Below, piece by piece: positions 28,306 through 38,055 of a DNA stretch of 44,451 bases. The notes below the pieces were generated by a model. That model saw only the letters and a list, made by a program, of their open reading frames with translations, did not search any database and was not told where the DNA came from. Positions within the stretch are counted from its first letter, which is position 1, and every line of letters begins with the position of its first letter. The stretch is from sequence record SRR2962707_642; one strand, written 5' to 3'. Made by a program: the position numbers and the translations under genes.

Positions 28306-29073
28306 CTATCCTTTTATGCTTTTGACAAATTCATGGATGGCTTCTCCCGAAGCATCCTTTTTCAACTGATTGATGAAGGCACTGCCGATAATTGCTCCAT
28401 TGGAATAATTACAAGCGGTTTCGAAACTTTTGCGATCTGAGATCCCAAACCCTATCAGCCTGGAATTATTCAAGTTCATCTCATTGATTCTATCGAAATA
28501 GACCACCTGATCACCTGCCAAACCAGACTTTGCCCCGGTAATACTCGATGAAGAAACCATGTATATAAAACCTTCTGACCCTTCATCTATTTCTCTAATT
28601 CTTTCCTCTGACGTATTGGGACTAATAAGAAAGATGTTGTGAATACCATGAGTGCTAAATAGCTCTTTGTAAGATTCTTTGAACACCTGCATCGGTAAAT
28701 CAGGAATTATTACCCCATCAATCCCTACCTCCTGGCATTTCGAACAAAATGCTTCTATCCCAAATTGAATGATCGGATTGACATAACCCATCAACAGCAC
28801 AGGTACCTTCACCTCTTTCCTCAGCTCTTTTAGCTCTTCAAATAAGAATTTCAAGTTCATCCCATTATCCAGTGCAATCGTTGAGCTCTCCTGGATGGTA
28901 GGGCCGTCAGCTACCGGATCAGAAAACGGAATGCCAATTTCAATCATATCTACTCCCGCCTGATCCAATTCCCTGGCAATCCGCAGGGTATCATTCAGTT
29001 TAGGATATCCAGCAGTGAAATAGACGTTCAGAACATCTGTCTTTTCACTAAAACATTGATCAATACGATTCAT
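28306..29073 (-). CDS. trpA: Tryptophan synthase alpha chain
   Basis: YFTAGYP, IEIGIPFSDPVADGPTIQ, GFGI and GAIIGSA. Confidence 0.97.
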   Translation of the reverse strand: MNRIDQCFSEKTDVLNVYFTAGYPKLNDTLRIARELDQAGVDMIEIGIPFSDPVADGPTIQESSTIALDNGMNLKFLFEELKELRKEVKVPVLLMGYVNPIIQFGIEAFCSKCQEVGIDGVIIPDLPMQVFKESYKELFSTHGIHNIFLISPNTSEERIREIDEGSEGFIYMVSSSSITGAKSGLAGDQVVYFDRINEMNLNNSRLIGFGISDRKSFETACNYSNGAIIGSAFINQLKKDASGEAIHEFVKSIKG

Positions 29074-29624
29074 ATATTTCGGTATTTAGAAGCCAACTTG
29101 TTATCGTCTTCGATGCAATCCAGTAATGAATTCACGACTTTATCTATTTTGTCTTGCATGTCTGCATCCATTTCCCCATTCTTCCCAATTTTCCCTTTGA
29201 CTCCTTTGATCAAGAGTTTGCTGTTTTCATAGACCCGGCTTTCAATGGTCTTCATAATCAGCTCAAGTGATTCAAAAGCTTTTTCACCAGAAGCCGCAGC
29301 AACGATAATAGCTACTGGTTTTTCAGAAAACACGGTAGTTGACACGCACCACTCAATGGCATTCTTCAAACTACCAGGTAAACTAAATACATACTCAGGT
29401 GTGCAGATGAGTATGCCATCCGCCGCATCCACCTGATTACGAAAAGCTATTACCTGTGCTGGTGGATTGTTCGTCTGATCCGGGTTGAAGTGAGGTAGTT
29501 GATCAATCTTATTGAATAGATCAACCTGATGCGCATCCCCATGACGCTTTGCGATACTCCTCAGTATTTGCTCGCTTGAAGAATACTGTTTGGTACTTCC
29601 TGAAATCGCTAAAATCTTCCTCAT
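29070..29624 (-). CDS. NAD(P)H-dependent FMN reductase (flavodoxin-like, SsuE/ChrR family)
   Basis: ILAISGS, LPHFNPD, ADGILICTPEYVFSLPGSLKNAIEW and KPVA; start placed at ATG 29624. Confidence 0.88.
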   Translation of the reverse strand: MRKILAISGSTKQYSSSEQILRSIAKRHGDAHQVDLFNKIDQLPHFNPDQTNNPPAQVIAFRNQVDAADGILICTPEYVFSLPGSLKNAIEWCVSTTVFSEKPVAIIVAAASGEKAFESLELIMKTIESRVYENSKLLIKGVKGKIGKNGEMDADMQDKIDKVVNSLLDCIEDDNKLASKYRNI

Positions 29625-29625
29625 C

Positions 29626-30807
29626 TCAATATTTCCCCCACTTGATATAGGTTTCCAAATCTTTGTCCCCACGCCCGGAAAGGTTAATCACAACGATCTC
29701 ATTCTCACTGAATGACTGCTTCTCAAGCACTGCCAGCGCATGAGCACTTTCAATGGCCGGGATAATTCCCTCCAGCTTACTTAGCTGAACACCAGCCTGC
29801 ATAGCTTCTTCATCTGTTACATTATAAAATGTGGCCCGACCGGTTTCATACAAATGCGCATGAAGCGGTCCAATACCCGGGTAATCCAGTCCGGCTGAAA
29901 TACTATGAGGTTCCACAACTTGTCCATCCTCGGATTGCATCAACAACGTTTTGCTGCCATGCAGAACGCCAGATTTACCTAGTTGAGTGGTCGCGGCTGA
30001 TTTACCGGAATCAATCCCCAGTCCTGCTGCCTCAGCAGCAATCAGACCTACAGATTCATTATCAAGAAAATGGTAGAAAGCTCCGGCTGCATTGCTACCT
30101 CCACCTACGCAGGCGACAACATGATCCGGTGCAATTTTACCTTCCTGTTCTAATAGCTGTTGCTTGATTTCCTCGCTAATCACCGACTGAAATCTGGCAA
30201 CCATATCCGGATACGGATGAGGCCCCACCACTGAACCAATGATATAGTGTGTATCGATTGGGTTATTGATCCAGTGACGCATGGCCTCATTGGTGGCATC
30301 CTTCAGGGTTTTACTTCCTGAAGTCGCCGGCCGAACTTCAGCGCCAAGAATCTTCATGCGCTCAACATTTGGCTTTTGCCTATTCATGTCAACTTCCCCC
30401 ATGTACACTATACATTCCATGCCCGCAAGCGCGCAAACTGTCGCGGTTGCAACACCATGTTGACCAGCACCTGTTTCGGCTATGATCTTCTGCTTACCCA
30501 AGTGTTGAGCAAGTAGAATCTGACCAATAGTATTGTTCACCTTATGCGCACCAGTATGGCAGAGGTCCTCCCTTTTCAGGTAAATTTTGGATCCGTATTT
30601 TTCAGACAATCGTTTTGCCAGGTATAAGGGCGTTGGTCGACCCACATACGTTCGCAGCAAATGATCAAATTGACTCTTGAATTCGTCTGATTCGATTATT
30701 GACAGGTAATTTGTTCGCAACTCCTCCACGTTCGGGAAGAGCATCTCAGGTATAAAAGCGCCACCAAAATCACCATAATATCCTTTGTCATTTACCTGAA
30801 ACTTCAT
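29626..30807 (-). CDS. trpB: Tryptophan synthase beta chain
   Basis: [38 protein letters not shown] and NLSGRGDKD. Confidence 0.98.
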   Translation of the reverse strand: MKFQVNDKGYYGDFGGAFIPEMLFPNVEELRTNYLSIIESDEFKSQFDHLLRTYVGRPTPLYLAKRLSEKYGSKIYLKREDLCHTGAHKVNNTIGQILLAQHLGKQKIIAETGAGQHGVATATVCALAGMECIVYMGEVDMNRQKPNVERMKILGAEVRPATSGSKTLKDATNEAMRHWINNPIDTHYIIGSVVGPHPYPDMVARFQSVISEEIKQQLLEQEGKIAPDHVVACVGGGSNAAGAFYHFLDNESVGLIAAEAAGLGIDSGKSAATTQLGKSGVLHGSKTLLMQSEDGQVVEPHSISAGLDYPGIGPLHAHLYETGRATFYNVTDEEAMQAGVQLSKLEGIIPAIESAHALAVLEKQSFSENEIVVINLSGRGDKDLETYIKWGKY

Positions 30808-31424
30808 AGCTCGTCTTTTAACACTTTAACCATTTCTAAATCCTTCATTCCGGGTTCAATCTCAAACCGGCTATTCACATCAATCCCAACCATTTTTCCG
30901 ATGTTCAGGGATTTAATTCTTTCGATATCAGAGAGTTGCAATCCGCCACTAAGAAAGAAGGGCGTCTCGAGGTTGTAATTTCTTAGAATGTGCCAATCGA
31001 AATGTCTGCCTGAACCACCATAAGCTGCCGTCGCGGTATCGAATAGGAAATAGTCTGCAACACCCTGAAATTTTTTAGCCGAGACAGGGATACTTTCCAT
31101 CACCCTGAATACTTTGATAATCTTTAATCCTTTTGCTTTTAATTGCCTGGCATCATCCAGGGTCTCATCTCCATGTAATTGAATGTAGTGCAGCCCATAT
31201 TTTTTAGCCTTAGTCAAAATGGTGCCAATCGATTCGTTCACAAATACACCAACTTTTTTAATGCTTAATGGAATTCGTAATAAGACATCCTCATCTGTCT
31301 CTCCTATGTATCGAGGAGATTTAGGATAAAATATAAAACCCATAAAATCCGGATGCACTTGCACCAATCCACTGATGTTGATTGGATCTCTCATCCCGCA
31401 AACTTTTAATTTCAGCTTACTCAT
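30804..31424 (-). CDS. trpF: Phosphoribosylanthranilate isomerase
   Basis: [25 protein letters not shown]...FDW and LSGGL. Confidence 0.96.
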   Translation of the reverse strand: MSKLKLKVCGMRDPINISGLVQVHPDFMGFIFYPKSPRYIGETDEDVLLRIPLSIKKVGVFVNESIGTILTKAKKYGLHYIQLHGDETLDDARQLKAKGLKIIKVFRVMESIPVSAKKFQGVADYFLFDTATAAYGGSGRHFDWHILRNYNLETPFFLSGGLQLSDIERIKSLNIGKMVGIDVNSRFEIEPGMKDLEMVKVLKDEL

Positions 31425-32209
31425 TTTAGTTGCCTTATGAATTCTTTAGCTGCACGTTCAGGCCTGCTGTTCTTCATGAATGTCTCTCCGATCAAAAACC
31501 CTTCAAAACCATAATCTTTTAGATCATTGACGATTTCCGGTGTAGCTAATCCGCTTTCGGTGACTTTCACAAAGTCATCCGGGATTTTCTTGGCTAGTTG
31601 TTTTGAGACTTCCACACTTGTGTTAAAAGTTTTGAGGTCTCTGTTATTTACCCCAATCAAATTGACTTTGTCTGTAATGGATTCCTGTAGTTCATCCAGG
31701 CTATGAACTTCCAGAAGCACTTCCATACCCAGGCTTTGTGCCAGCCCTCCCAAACTGTCTATTTCTTCTTTATTCAAGACCGCCGCAATCAAGAGAATCA
31801 CATCAGCGCCAATTGATTTTGCTTCCATCACCTGGTATTCGTCGATGATAAAATCCTTACGAAGAATAGGACAAAAATTGAAGGATCTGGCCACTTTCAG
31901 ATCTTCTGACGTCCCTCCGAAATATTCCTTATCAGTCAAAATGGAAAGACCCGATGCTCCTGCCTGCATGTATCCTATGGATGTCCGCTCTACTGAAACA
32001 TGTGCATTAATCACTCCTTTTGAAGGTGATTGCCTCTTGATCTCTGCAATTACTCCTGACTTGTCCTCCCGCTTCAGGTACTTTACAAGCGAAACTGGTT
32101 TTCCATCGAAGTAGGTGCTTTGCTCTAGCAGCTTGACCGGATAAAGTTCCTTCTGACGAGAAACTTCCTTCTTTTTGCTTTCTACGATTTTCGCTAAGAT
32201 GTCCATCAA
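31421..32209 (-). CDS. trpC: Indole-3-glycerol phosphate synthase
   Basis: IAEIKRQSPSKG, LRKDFI, LLEVH, GVNNRDL and ESG. Confidence 0.96.
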   Translation of the reverse strand: MMDILAKIVESKKKEVSRQKELYPVKLLEQSTYFDGKPVSLVKYLKREDKSGVIAEIKRQSPSKGVINAHVSVERTSIGYMQAGASGLSILTDKEYFGGTSEDLKVARSFNFCPILRKDFIIDEYQVMEAKSIGADVILLIAAVLNKEEIDSLGGLAQSLGMEVLLEVHSLDELQESITDKVNLIGVNNRDLKTFNTSVEVSKQLAKKIPDDFVKVTESGLATPEIVNDLKDYGFEGFLIGETFMKNSRPERAAKEFIRQLK

Positions 32210-33198
32210 CTATTTACAGTTAAAAATTTCTTAAATGATTCCATGGCCATTCCACTTTTCAATGATTCTCTTGCCAATTCAACTCCTTCGGTAACCGGGA
32301 TTTGCTTAACTGTAGCAATGGCAAGACCAGCATTAGCAAAGACAGCTGACTCCTTTTCTTCCGTTCCTTTATTAGCTAGCAGGTTTTGAAAAATCATCGC
32401 TGACTCCTCAATGGATTCACCTCCATGCAATTTTTGCTGGTCCAATTTGGGTAAGTGTAAATCTGAAGGGGTAACAATCCGCTCTTCTGAGTTGGTAATT
32501 AATTTAAAGTCCCCGGTTAGAGAAATCTCGTCATACCCATCCAGTGAATGAACTATTCCAAACTGCTTAGTAGTATTCTGATACAAGTATCCGTACAACC
32601 TGGCCAACTCTAAACTAAAGACCCCTACTAGTTGATTAGGTGGAAATGCGGGGTTTACCATTGGGCCTAACATGTTAAAGAAGGTTTTAACCCCTAACTC
32701 CTTACGTACGGGAGCAACATTTTTCATAGCTGGATGGAATAAAGGTGCATGCATGAAACAAATGCCCGCTGCATCAACTGACTTTTTCATCTGCTCAGGA
32801 TCACCTGAGAATTTGCATCCCAGGAATTCAAGAACATTTGAAGAACCACTTACCGAAGAAACACCATAGTTGCCATGCTTTGCTACATGCACACCCGCTC
32901 CTGCCGTCACAAATGACGAGATGGTGGAGATGTTGAAAGTGTTTTTGCCATCTCCTCCAGTTCCGCATAAGTCAATGGTTTCATAACCCTTAAGGTCAAC
33001 CGGATTGCATAATTCAAGCATGGCGTCTCTGAATCCTTCCAGCTCTTCGACCCGAATGGCCCTCATCAGATAAACGGTAAGGAAAGCAGCAATCTGGCTG
33101 TTGTTGTACTGACCAGTTGCCAATCCTGTCAAAACCTCCTTGGCTTCCGCCCTGTCTAAAACCTGGTTGTTTATTAACCTATCTAAAATCTCCTTCAT
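32206..33198 (-). CDS. trpD: Anthranilate phosphoribosyltransferase
   Basis: DLCGTGGDG, FNIST, AKHGNY and GYDE. Confidence 0.97.
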   Translation of the reverse strand: MKEILDRLINNQVLDRAEAKEVLTGLATGQYNNSQIAAFLTVYLMRAIRVEELEGFRDAMLELCNPVDLKGYETIDLCGTGGDGKNTFNISTISSFVTAGAGVHVAKHGNYGVSSVSGSSNVLEFLGCKFSGDPEQMKKSVDAAGICFMHAPLFHPAMKNVAPVRKELGVKTFFNMLGPMVNPAFPPNQLVGVFSLELARLYGYLYQNTTKQFGIVHSLDGYDEISLTGDFKLITNSEERIVTPSDLHLPKLDQQKLHGGESIEESAMIFQNLLANKGTEEKESAVFANAGLAIATVKQIPVTEGVELARESLKSGMAMESFKKFLTVNS

Positions 33199-33767
33199 AA
33201 TTTCAACCAGTTTTCAAGTAGTCTGGCCCCATGTTCTGTCATGATTGACTCAGGATGAAATTGCACACCCCGCACCTTGTGTTCTTTGTGCTTCACTGAC
33301 ATGATATTTCCGTTTTCAGCAACGCTGGTGACGATAAGATCCTGTGGCAAGGTCTCTCCTTCTATGACCCAGCTATGATAGCGGCACACATTAAAATGGG
33401 ATGGCAAACCCTGAAATAATGAATCTTCCTCAATGATATTTACCGGAGTGACCATCCCGTGATACACTTGTGGAAGATTGAATAGTGCAGCTCCATACGC
33501 CTCTCCTATTCCCTGATGCCCAAGACAGACTCCTAATATGTTTTTCGTAGGTCCAAACCTAGATATCACTTGAGGCATCAGGCCAGCATCCTTAGGCAAA
33601 CCGGGACCCGGAGAAAGTAGAATGTGATCGAAGTTTTCAACTTCCTCTAGCTCAAATGCATCATTCCTCACCACGCGCATACTTTCTTCATGGCCCAGTT
33701 CACGAAGAATGTGCACCAGGTTATAAGTAAAGGAGTCGTAATTATCGATGATTAATATTTTGCTCAT
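33195..33767 (-). CDS. trpG: Anthranilate synthase component II
   Basis: IDNYDSFTYNL, SPGPG, GVCLGHQ, RYHS and QFHPES. Confidence 0.96.
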   Translation of the reverse strand: MSKILIIDNYDSFTYNLVHILRELGHEESMRVVRNDAFELEEVENFDHILLSPGPGLPKDAGLMPQVISRFGPTKNILGVCLGHQGIGEAYGAALFNLPQVYHGMVTPVNIIEEDSLFQGLPSHFNVCRYHSWVIEGETLPQDLIVTSVAENGNIMSVKHKEHKVRGVQFHPESIMTEHGARLLENWLKL

Positions 33768-35158
33768 AGTTTTTGCGCCTCCTCGATCGCATGCTCTAAA
33801 GCTCCTGTTTTGTTAAACACTTCCTGTAATTCACTTTGAGGGTTTGATTGGGCTACTACTCCTGCGCCAGCACGATAGTACAGCACATTGTTTTGACTTT
33901 TAAAACTTCGAATCATAATGGCATGATTGAAATTCCCTTCAAAATCCATGAAACCAACCGCCCCTCCATAGAACCCACGTGGAGATTGCTCGGTCTCTTC
34001 AATTATTTGCATGGCCCTGATTTTTGGTGCCCCAGATAGTGTGCCTGCCGGAAAGGTCTCTGCAACGATATCCATAAATGAATTCCCTTGTTTTAGCTCA
34101 CCAGTTACCCTGGAGACTAAATGGATTACATGAGAATAATATTGGACTTCCTTGTAGGTTTCAACCTTCACATTATCACAGCTTCTGCTCAGGTCATTTC
34201 TAGCTAAATCTACGAGCATGACATGTTCAGAATCTTCTTTCGGATCTTCTAGTAGTTTTTCAGCCAGGGCTCTATCGGCTTGGTCATCTCCGGTTCGCCT
34301 GAAAGTTCCTGCGATCGGATGGATCTCCGCTTTGTTATTATTCAAGACAATTTGGGCTTCCGGAGAAGAGCCGAAAATTCTGAAACTTCCGTAATCAAAG
34401 TAAAAAAGGTATGGAGATGGATTTACTGATCTCAAGGTTCGATACACTTGAAAATCATCTCCGTGAAACGGCACACTAAATCCCCTTGACATCACTACCT
34501 GAAACACATCACCAACGTGACAATGGTGGATGCCTTTTTTCACCATATCCAGGTATTCATCATCGGTCTTATTAGACTGTTTATCCCCTGTCGTTTTGAA
34601 GGGATATCCGGGAATATTTCGTTGCTGAACAAGTGACATCACTTCGTTCATCAGTTTTTCATCAGGTGCATCAATGTAGGATTCAATGACATGGCATTGA
34701 TTCTTGAAGTGATCCAATGCGATCACAAATTTGAAAAGATGGTACTGAGCAAGTGGTGTGGCAGCATCTGACGTTGTTAATTGAACATCTCCAAATTTTC
34801 CAATTAGGTCGTAATTCAAATAGCCAAATAGGCCTGATCGTATGAAACGATCATTTTCCCCCTCGCCAAGTGCAAATGAGCCAGCAAAATTCCGAATCTC
34901 TGATTTTGCATCCACGTAAGATTTGGTCTCTATTGTGTCATCAGGTAATTTGATTTCTACCGATCCCCCGTAAAGCTTAATGTGTGCTATCGGGCAGCAG
35001 CAGATATAGGAGAAACTGTTTTCCATGCCATGATAGTCGGAACTTTCGAGGAGGAAGGAATTGGCAAACCGATCTCTGAGTTTCAGAAACATGCTGACCG
35101 GAGTAATGGTATCGGCCAATAACCTTTTTTCTCTAGTATGTATTTGTATTTTATTCAT
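33764..35158 (-). CDS. trpE: Anthranilate synthase component I
   Basis: LLES, NPSPY, GSSPE, PIAGT, EHVMLVDLARND and FPAGTLSGAPK; ATG 35158 lies just after the attenuator. Confidence 0.96.
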   Translation of the reverse strand: MNKIQIHTREKRLLADTITPVSMFLKLRDRFANSFLLESSDYHGMENSFSYICCCPIAHIKLYGGSVEIKLPDDTIETKSYVDAKSEIRNFAGSFALGEGENDRFIRSGLFGYLNYDLIGKFGDVQLTTSDAATPLAQYHLFKFVIALDHFKNQCHVIESYIDAPDEKLMNEVMSLVQQRNIPGYPFKTTGDKQSNKTDDEYLDMVKKGIHHCHVGDVFQVVMSRGFSVPFHGDDFQVYRTLRSVNPSPYLFYFDYGSFRIFGSSPEAQIVLNNNKAEIHPIAGTFRRTGDDQADRALAEKLLEDPKEDSEHVMLVDLARNDLSRSCDNVKVETYKEVQYYSHVIHLVSRVTGELKQGNSFMDIVAETFPAGTLSGAPKIRAMQIIEETEQSPRGFYGGAVGFMDFEGNFNHAIMIRSFKSQNNVLYYRAGAGVVAQSNPQSELQEVFNKTGALEHAIEEAQKL

Positions 35159-35164
35159 TGGTAT

Positions 35165-35198
35165 AAACAAAAAAACCCTGACGATTCTGTCAGGGTTT
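35165..35198 (-). terminator. trp attenuator terminator
   Basis: AAACCCUGAC-AGAAUC-GUCAGGGUUU followed by a U tract, between the leader peptide and trpE. Confidence 0.9.
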
Positions 35199-35226
35199 CT
35201 ATATTATTAAACACAGCAGTGACTCG

Positions 35227-35277
35227 TCAACAACGTTTATTGCGACTCCACCACCAATATGTTTTAACTGTCATCAT
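35227..35277 (-). CDS. trpL: trp operon leader peptide MMTVKTYWWWSRNKRC
   Basis: 16-codon ORF with three tandem TGG codons upstream of the terminator and trpE. Confidence 0.9.
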   Translation of the reverse strand: MMTVKTYWWWSRNKRC

Positions 35278-35285
35278 TATAGCCG

Positions 35286-35318
35286 CTAAGCTAAATCCAT
35301 TTTTTTCTAAAAAACAAG
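35286..35318 (-). promoter_or_regulatory. Probable trp operon promoter
   Basis: CTTG (35315-35318), 21-nt spacer, TAGCTTAG (35286-35293) resembling -33/-7. Confidence 0.45.
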
Positions 35319-35399
35319 TAGTACCCGATTTTTTAAAAATTTCTTAACCGTTTGTCAAACACCAATGTCAGATTTCGGTTTTTAAACTAAATTTCCGCT

Positions 35400-35819
35400 A
35401 TGTTATCACCAGAAGAACAAATAAGTATACTCGCCCATTTATCAAAAGCTGACAATGTAGTTGCAGAGGAAGAGTTAAGATTGATACTTTTCGTGGCAGA
35501 TGGACTAGGTGTTAGTAAGGAAACCACTTCTGAAATCCTAAACAACCCACGCCCAATCCCCAAGCTTAAGAATTTACCTCCGGATGAAAAATTCAACTAT
35601 TTGTTTAACATCATTCGCATGATGAAAGCAGATGGTAAAGTGCATTCAAATGAGATTAAATTTTGCGAAAAGATTGCTTTAAACCTGGGATATAAGCCAG
35701 GAGTAATAGCTGATTTATCAGCATATATTTATAAAGATCCAACTATCAATTCCAACAAGGATTTCTTAAGATCAATTGCTGATCAACATCTAATCCCAAT
35801 GAATGAAGCAGGCGAGTAG
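35400..35819 (+). CDS. TerB family protein
   Basis: Two ADxxVxxxE motifs (KADNVVAEEE, KADGKVHSNE). Confidence 0.8.
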   Translation: MLSPEEQISILAHLSKADNVVAEEELRLILFVADGLGVSKETTSEILNNPRPIPKLKNLPPDEKFNYLFNIIRMMKADGKVHSNEIKFCEKIALNLGYKPGVIADLSAYIYKDPTINSNKDFLRSIADQHLIPMNEAGE

Positions 35820-38055
35820 CATTTGCTTTCTCCTTATTTTCCTTCAGTTCTCATTTTCCCAAAACAGACCCGGAGAAGTTGGAATAAATATCAGTAGATC
35901 TCAAGTTCCAATCTCCATTGATGGTAGACTGGACGAGGAAAGCTGGTTGGTTGCGGAGAAGGGAAGAGGGTTTTTTCAGAACTTTCCAACCGATACAGAA
36001 CCAGCAAAAGACTCAACTGTCTTCAGTCTTACATATGATGATAAATTCATTTATGTAGGAGTCGTCTGCTACGATAATCTTGAAGGTGATCCCATTACCA
36101 CCACGCTAAGAAGAGATTTCAATTGGATCCGAAACGATAATGTTTCAGTCTATATCGATCCGTTTAATGATAAGTCCAATGCGTTTGCATTTCAGGTTAC
36201 ACCTGACAATGTACAGAGAGAGGGTTTGGTATTGTTAAGTGGAAGGGTTCAGGATGATTGGGACAATAAGTGGTTTAGCCAGGTCCACAAGGGAAATGGG
36301 TTCTGGTCAGTTGAAATGGCTATCCCATTCAAGTCGATTCGATATAATAATGTTTCCCAATGGAACATTCAGGTGCTCCGCAACAATCAGAAACGAAATG
36401 AGCAATCAGGCTGGATAAGTGTTCCTCAAAGTTTCAGCGCCAGCAATATGACATTCAGTGGTGCACTTACATGGGACGTTCCTCCCACTCCAGCAGGACC
36501 CAACATTGCACTTATTCCCTATTTATCTAGTAGTGCTGGCAAAGACCATGAAGAAGGAACCTCCACAGAGACAAAGTTTGATGCAGGGTTTGATGCCAAA
36601 GTAGGACTTTCAAGCTCGTTGAATCTGGATCTTACATTCAATCCTGATTTTTCACAAGTTGAGGTAGACCGGCAGGTGACTAACCTTCAACGCTTCGAAA
36701 TATTCTTTCCTGAAAGGAGGCAATTTTTTCTTGAACATCAGGATTTATTCGCTGAAGGCGGCTTTGGACGTTCGCGTCCTTTCTTTTCTCGCCGAATCGG
36801 AATCCAGGGGTCAGGTGAGTCCAGAAGAAATGTCCCGATCATTGCTGGTGCCCGGGTGAGTGGGAAAATGGGTAGCAAGTGGCGAATTGGGCTTTTGGAT
36901 ATGGTGACTAATGAAGATGAAACTTCAACGGACATCTCGCCTGCTCAAAATTATTCTGTGGCTGTGGTAGAAAAACAAATTTTCCAACGATCAAGGATTT
37001 CTGCGATTTTGGTTGGTAGAAATAATCTTGGTCAAGCAGCTCTCGATTCCTTCAGGGTGGAAAACAACAGGGTATTGAATCAATTTGGTGAGGAAGTGGA
37101 AGCAACAGACACTCTCTATTCCCTTTCGGAGTACAATTACGTTTATGGATTGGACTTCAATCTTGCCACTGTTGATAATCGATGGGAAGGAGATTTCTTC
37201 TACCATCGTTCAGTTGATCCCACCAAAGAAGATGGCAAATATGCCGGAGGTGCCTTCCTAAGGTATCGAACGCCAGAATTTGGATGGCGAACCAATTTTC
37301 AGATTGTTGGGGAGAATCACAATGCAGAAGTCGGCTTCATACCTCGTAAGGGCATTGCAAACTTTGGAGCTGGAGTCGAATGGAACTTCTTCACTGAAGG
37401 AAAGATTCAGCGACATGGACCGAATATAGATTTTGGAGGAGTTGTGGATAATGAATGGAAGAAACTGGACAATGATGCGTCTTTTGAATACCAGGTTTCA
37501 TTCCTGAATTCAGCCTATATGGAAGTCGGGTTTGACTGGAATTCTGTGAAGCTTACCGATTCTTTTGATCCATCAGGTTCAGATGGTGCTTCACTAGAGG
37601 AAGGTACCGAATGGAACTGGATCCGGTATTCCATATTTTACCGGTCTGATCAACGGAAGAATTTCGTATATTCAATTTATTCTAACAATGGTGGCTTCTA
37701 CAATGGTAACCGATTTTCAACCGGCTCTGGAATCACATATCGGCTCCCACCTATCCTCCAGGTCCAGATGAATGTTGAGTACAATCAAATCACACTGCCT
37801 GCTCCATACAATGATTCTGAACTTTTTCTGATGGGTCCACGGATAGATTTAACTTTGTCGAATAAAGTCTTCTTCACATCATTCATTCAATACAACACTC
37901 AAGCTGATAACCTTGGTCACAATTCCAGATTCCAATGGCGATTTAAACCTGTATCAGATTTGTTCATTGTCTATACTGACAATTACCTGACACCTGATTT
38001 CATTACAAGAAATCGTGCTGTAGTCATCAAATTGAATTACTGGCTGAATCTCTAA
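35803..38055 (+). CDS. CBM9-like domain plus DUF5916 outer-membrane protein
   Basis: Signal peptide; IDGRLDEESW, WSVEMAIPF, NPDFSQVEVD and FFPERRQFF; ends KLNYWLNL. Confidence 0.82.
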   Translation: MKQASSICFLLIFLQFSFSQNRPGEVGINISRSQVPISIDGRLDEESWLVAEKGRGFFQNFPTDTEPAKDSTVFSLTYDDKFIYVGVVCYDNLEGDPITTTLRRDFNWIRNDNVSVYIDPFNDKSNAFAFQVTPDNVQREGLVLLSGRVQDDWDNKWFSQVHKGNGFWSVEMAIPFKSIRYNNVSQWNIQVLRNNQKRNEQSGWISVPQSFSASNMTFSGALTWDVPPTPAGPNIALIPYLSSSAGKDHEEGTSTETKFDAGFDAKVGLSSSLNLDLTFNPDFSQVEVDRQVTNLQRFEIFFPERRQFFLEHQDLFAEGGFGRSRPFFSRRIGIQGSGESRRNVPIIAGARVSGKMGSKWRIGLLDMVTNEDETSTDISPAQNYSVAVVEKQIFQRSRISAILVGRNNLGQAALDSFRVENNRVLNQFGEEVEATDTLYSLSEYNYVYGLDFNLATVDNRWEGDFFYHRSVDPTKEDGKYAGGAFLRYRTPEFGWRTNFQIVGENHNAEVGFIPRKGIANFGAGVEWNFFTEGKIQRHGPNIDFGGVVDNEWKKLDNDASFEYQVSFLNSAYMEVGFDWNSVKLTDSFDPSGSDGASLEEGTEWNWIRYSIFYRSDQRKNFVYSIYSNNGGFYNGNRFSTGSGITYRLPPILQVQMNVEYNQITLPAPYNDSELFLMGPRIDLTLSNKVFFTSFIQYNTQADNLGHNSRFQWRFKPVSDLFIVYTDNYLTPDFITRNRAVVIKLNYWLNL

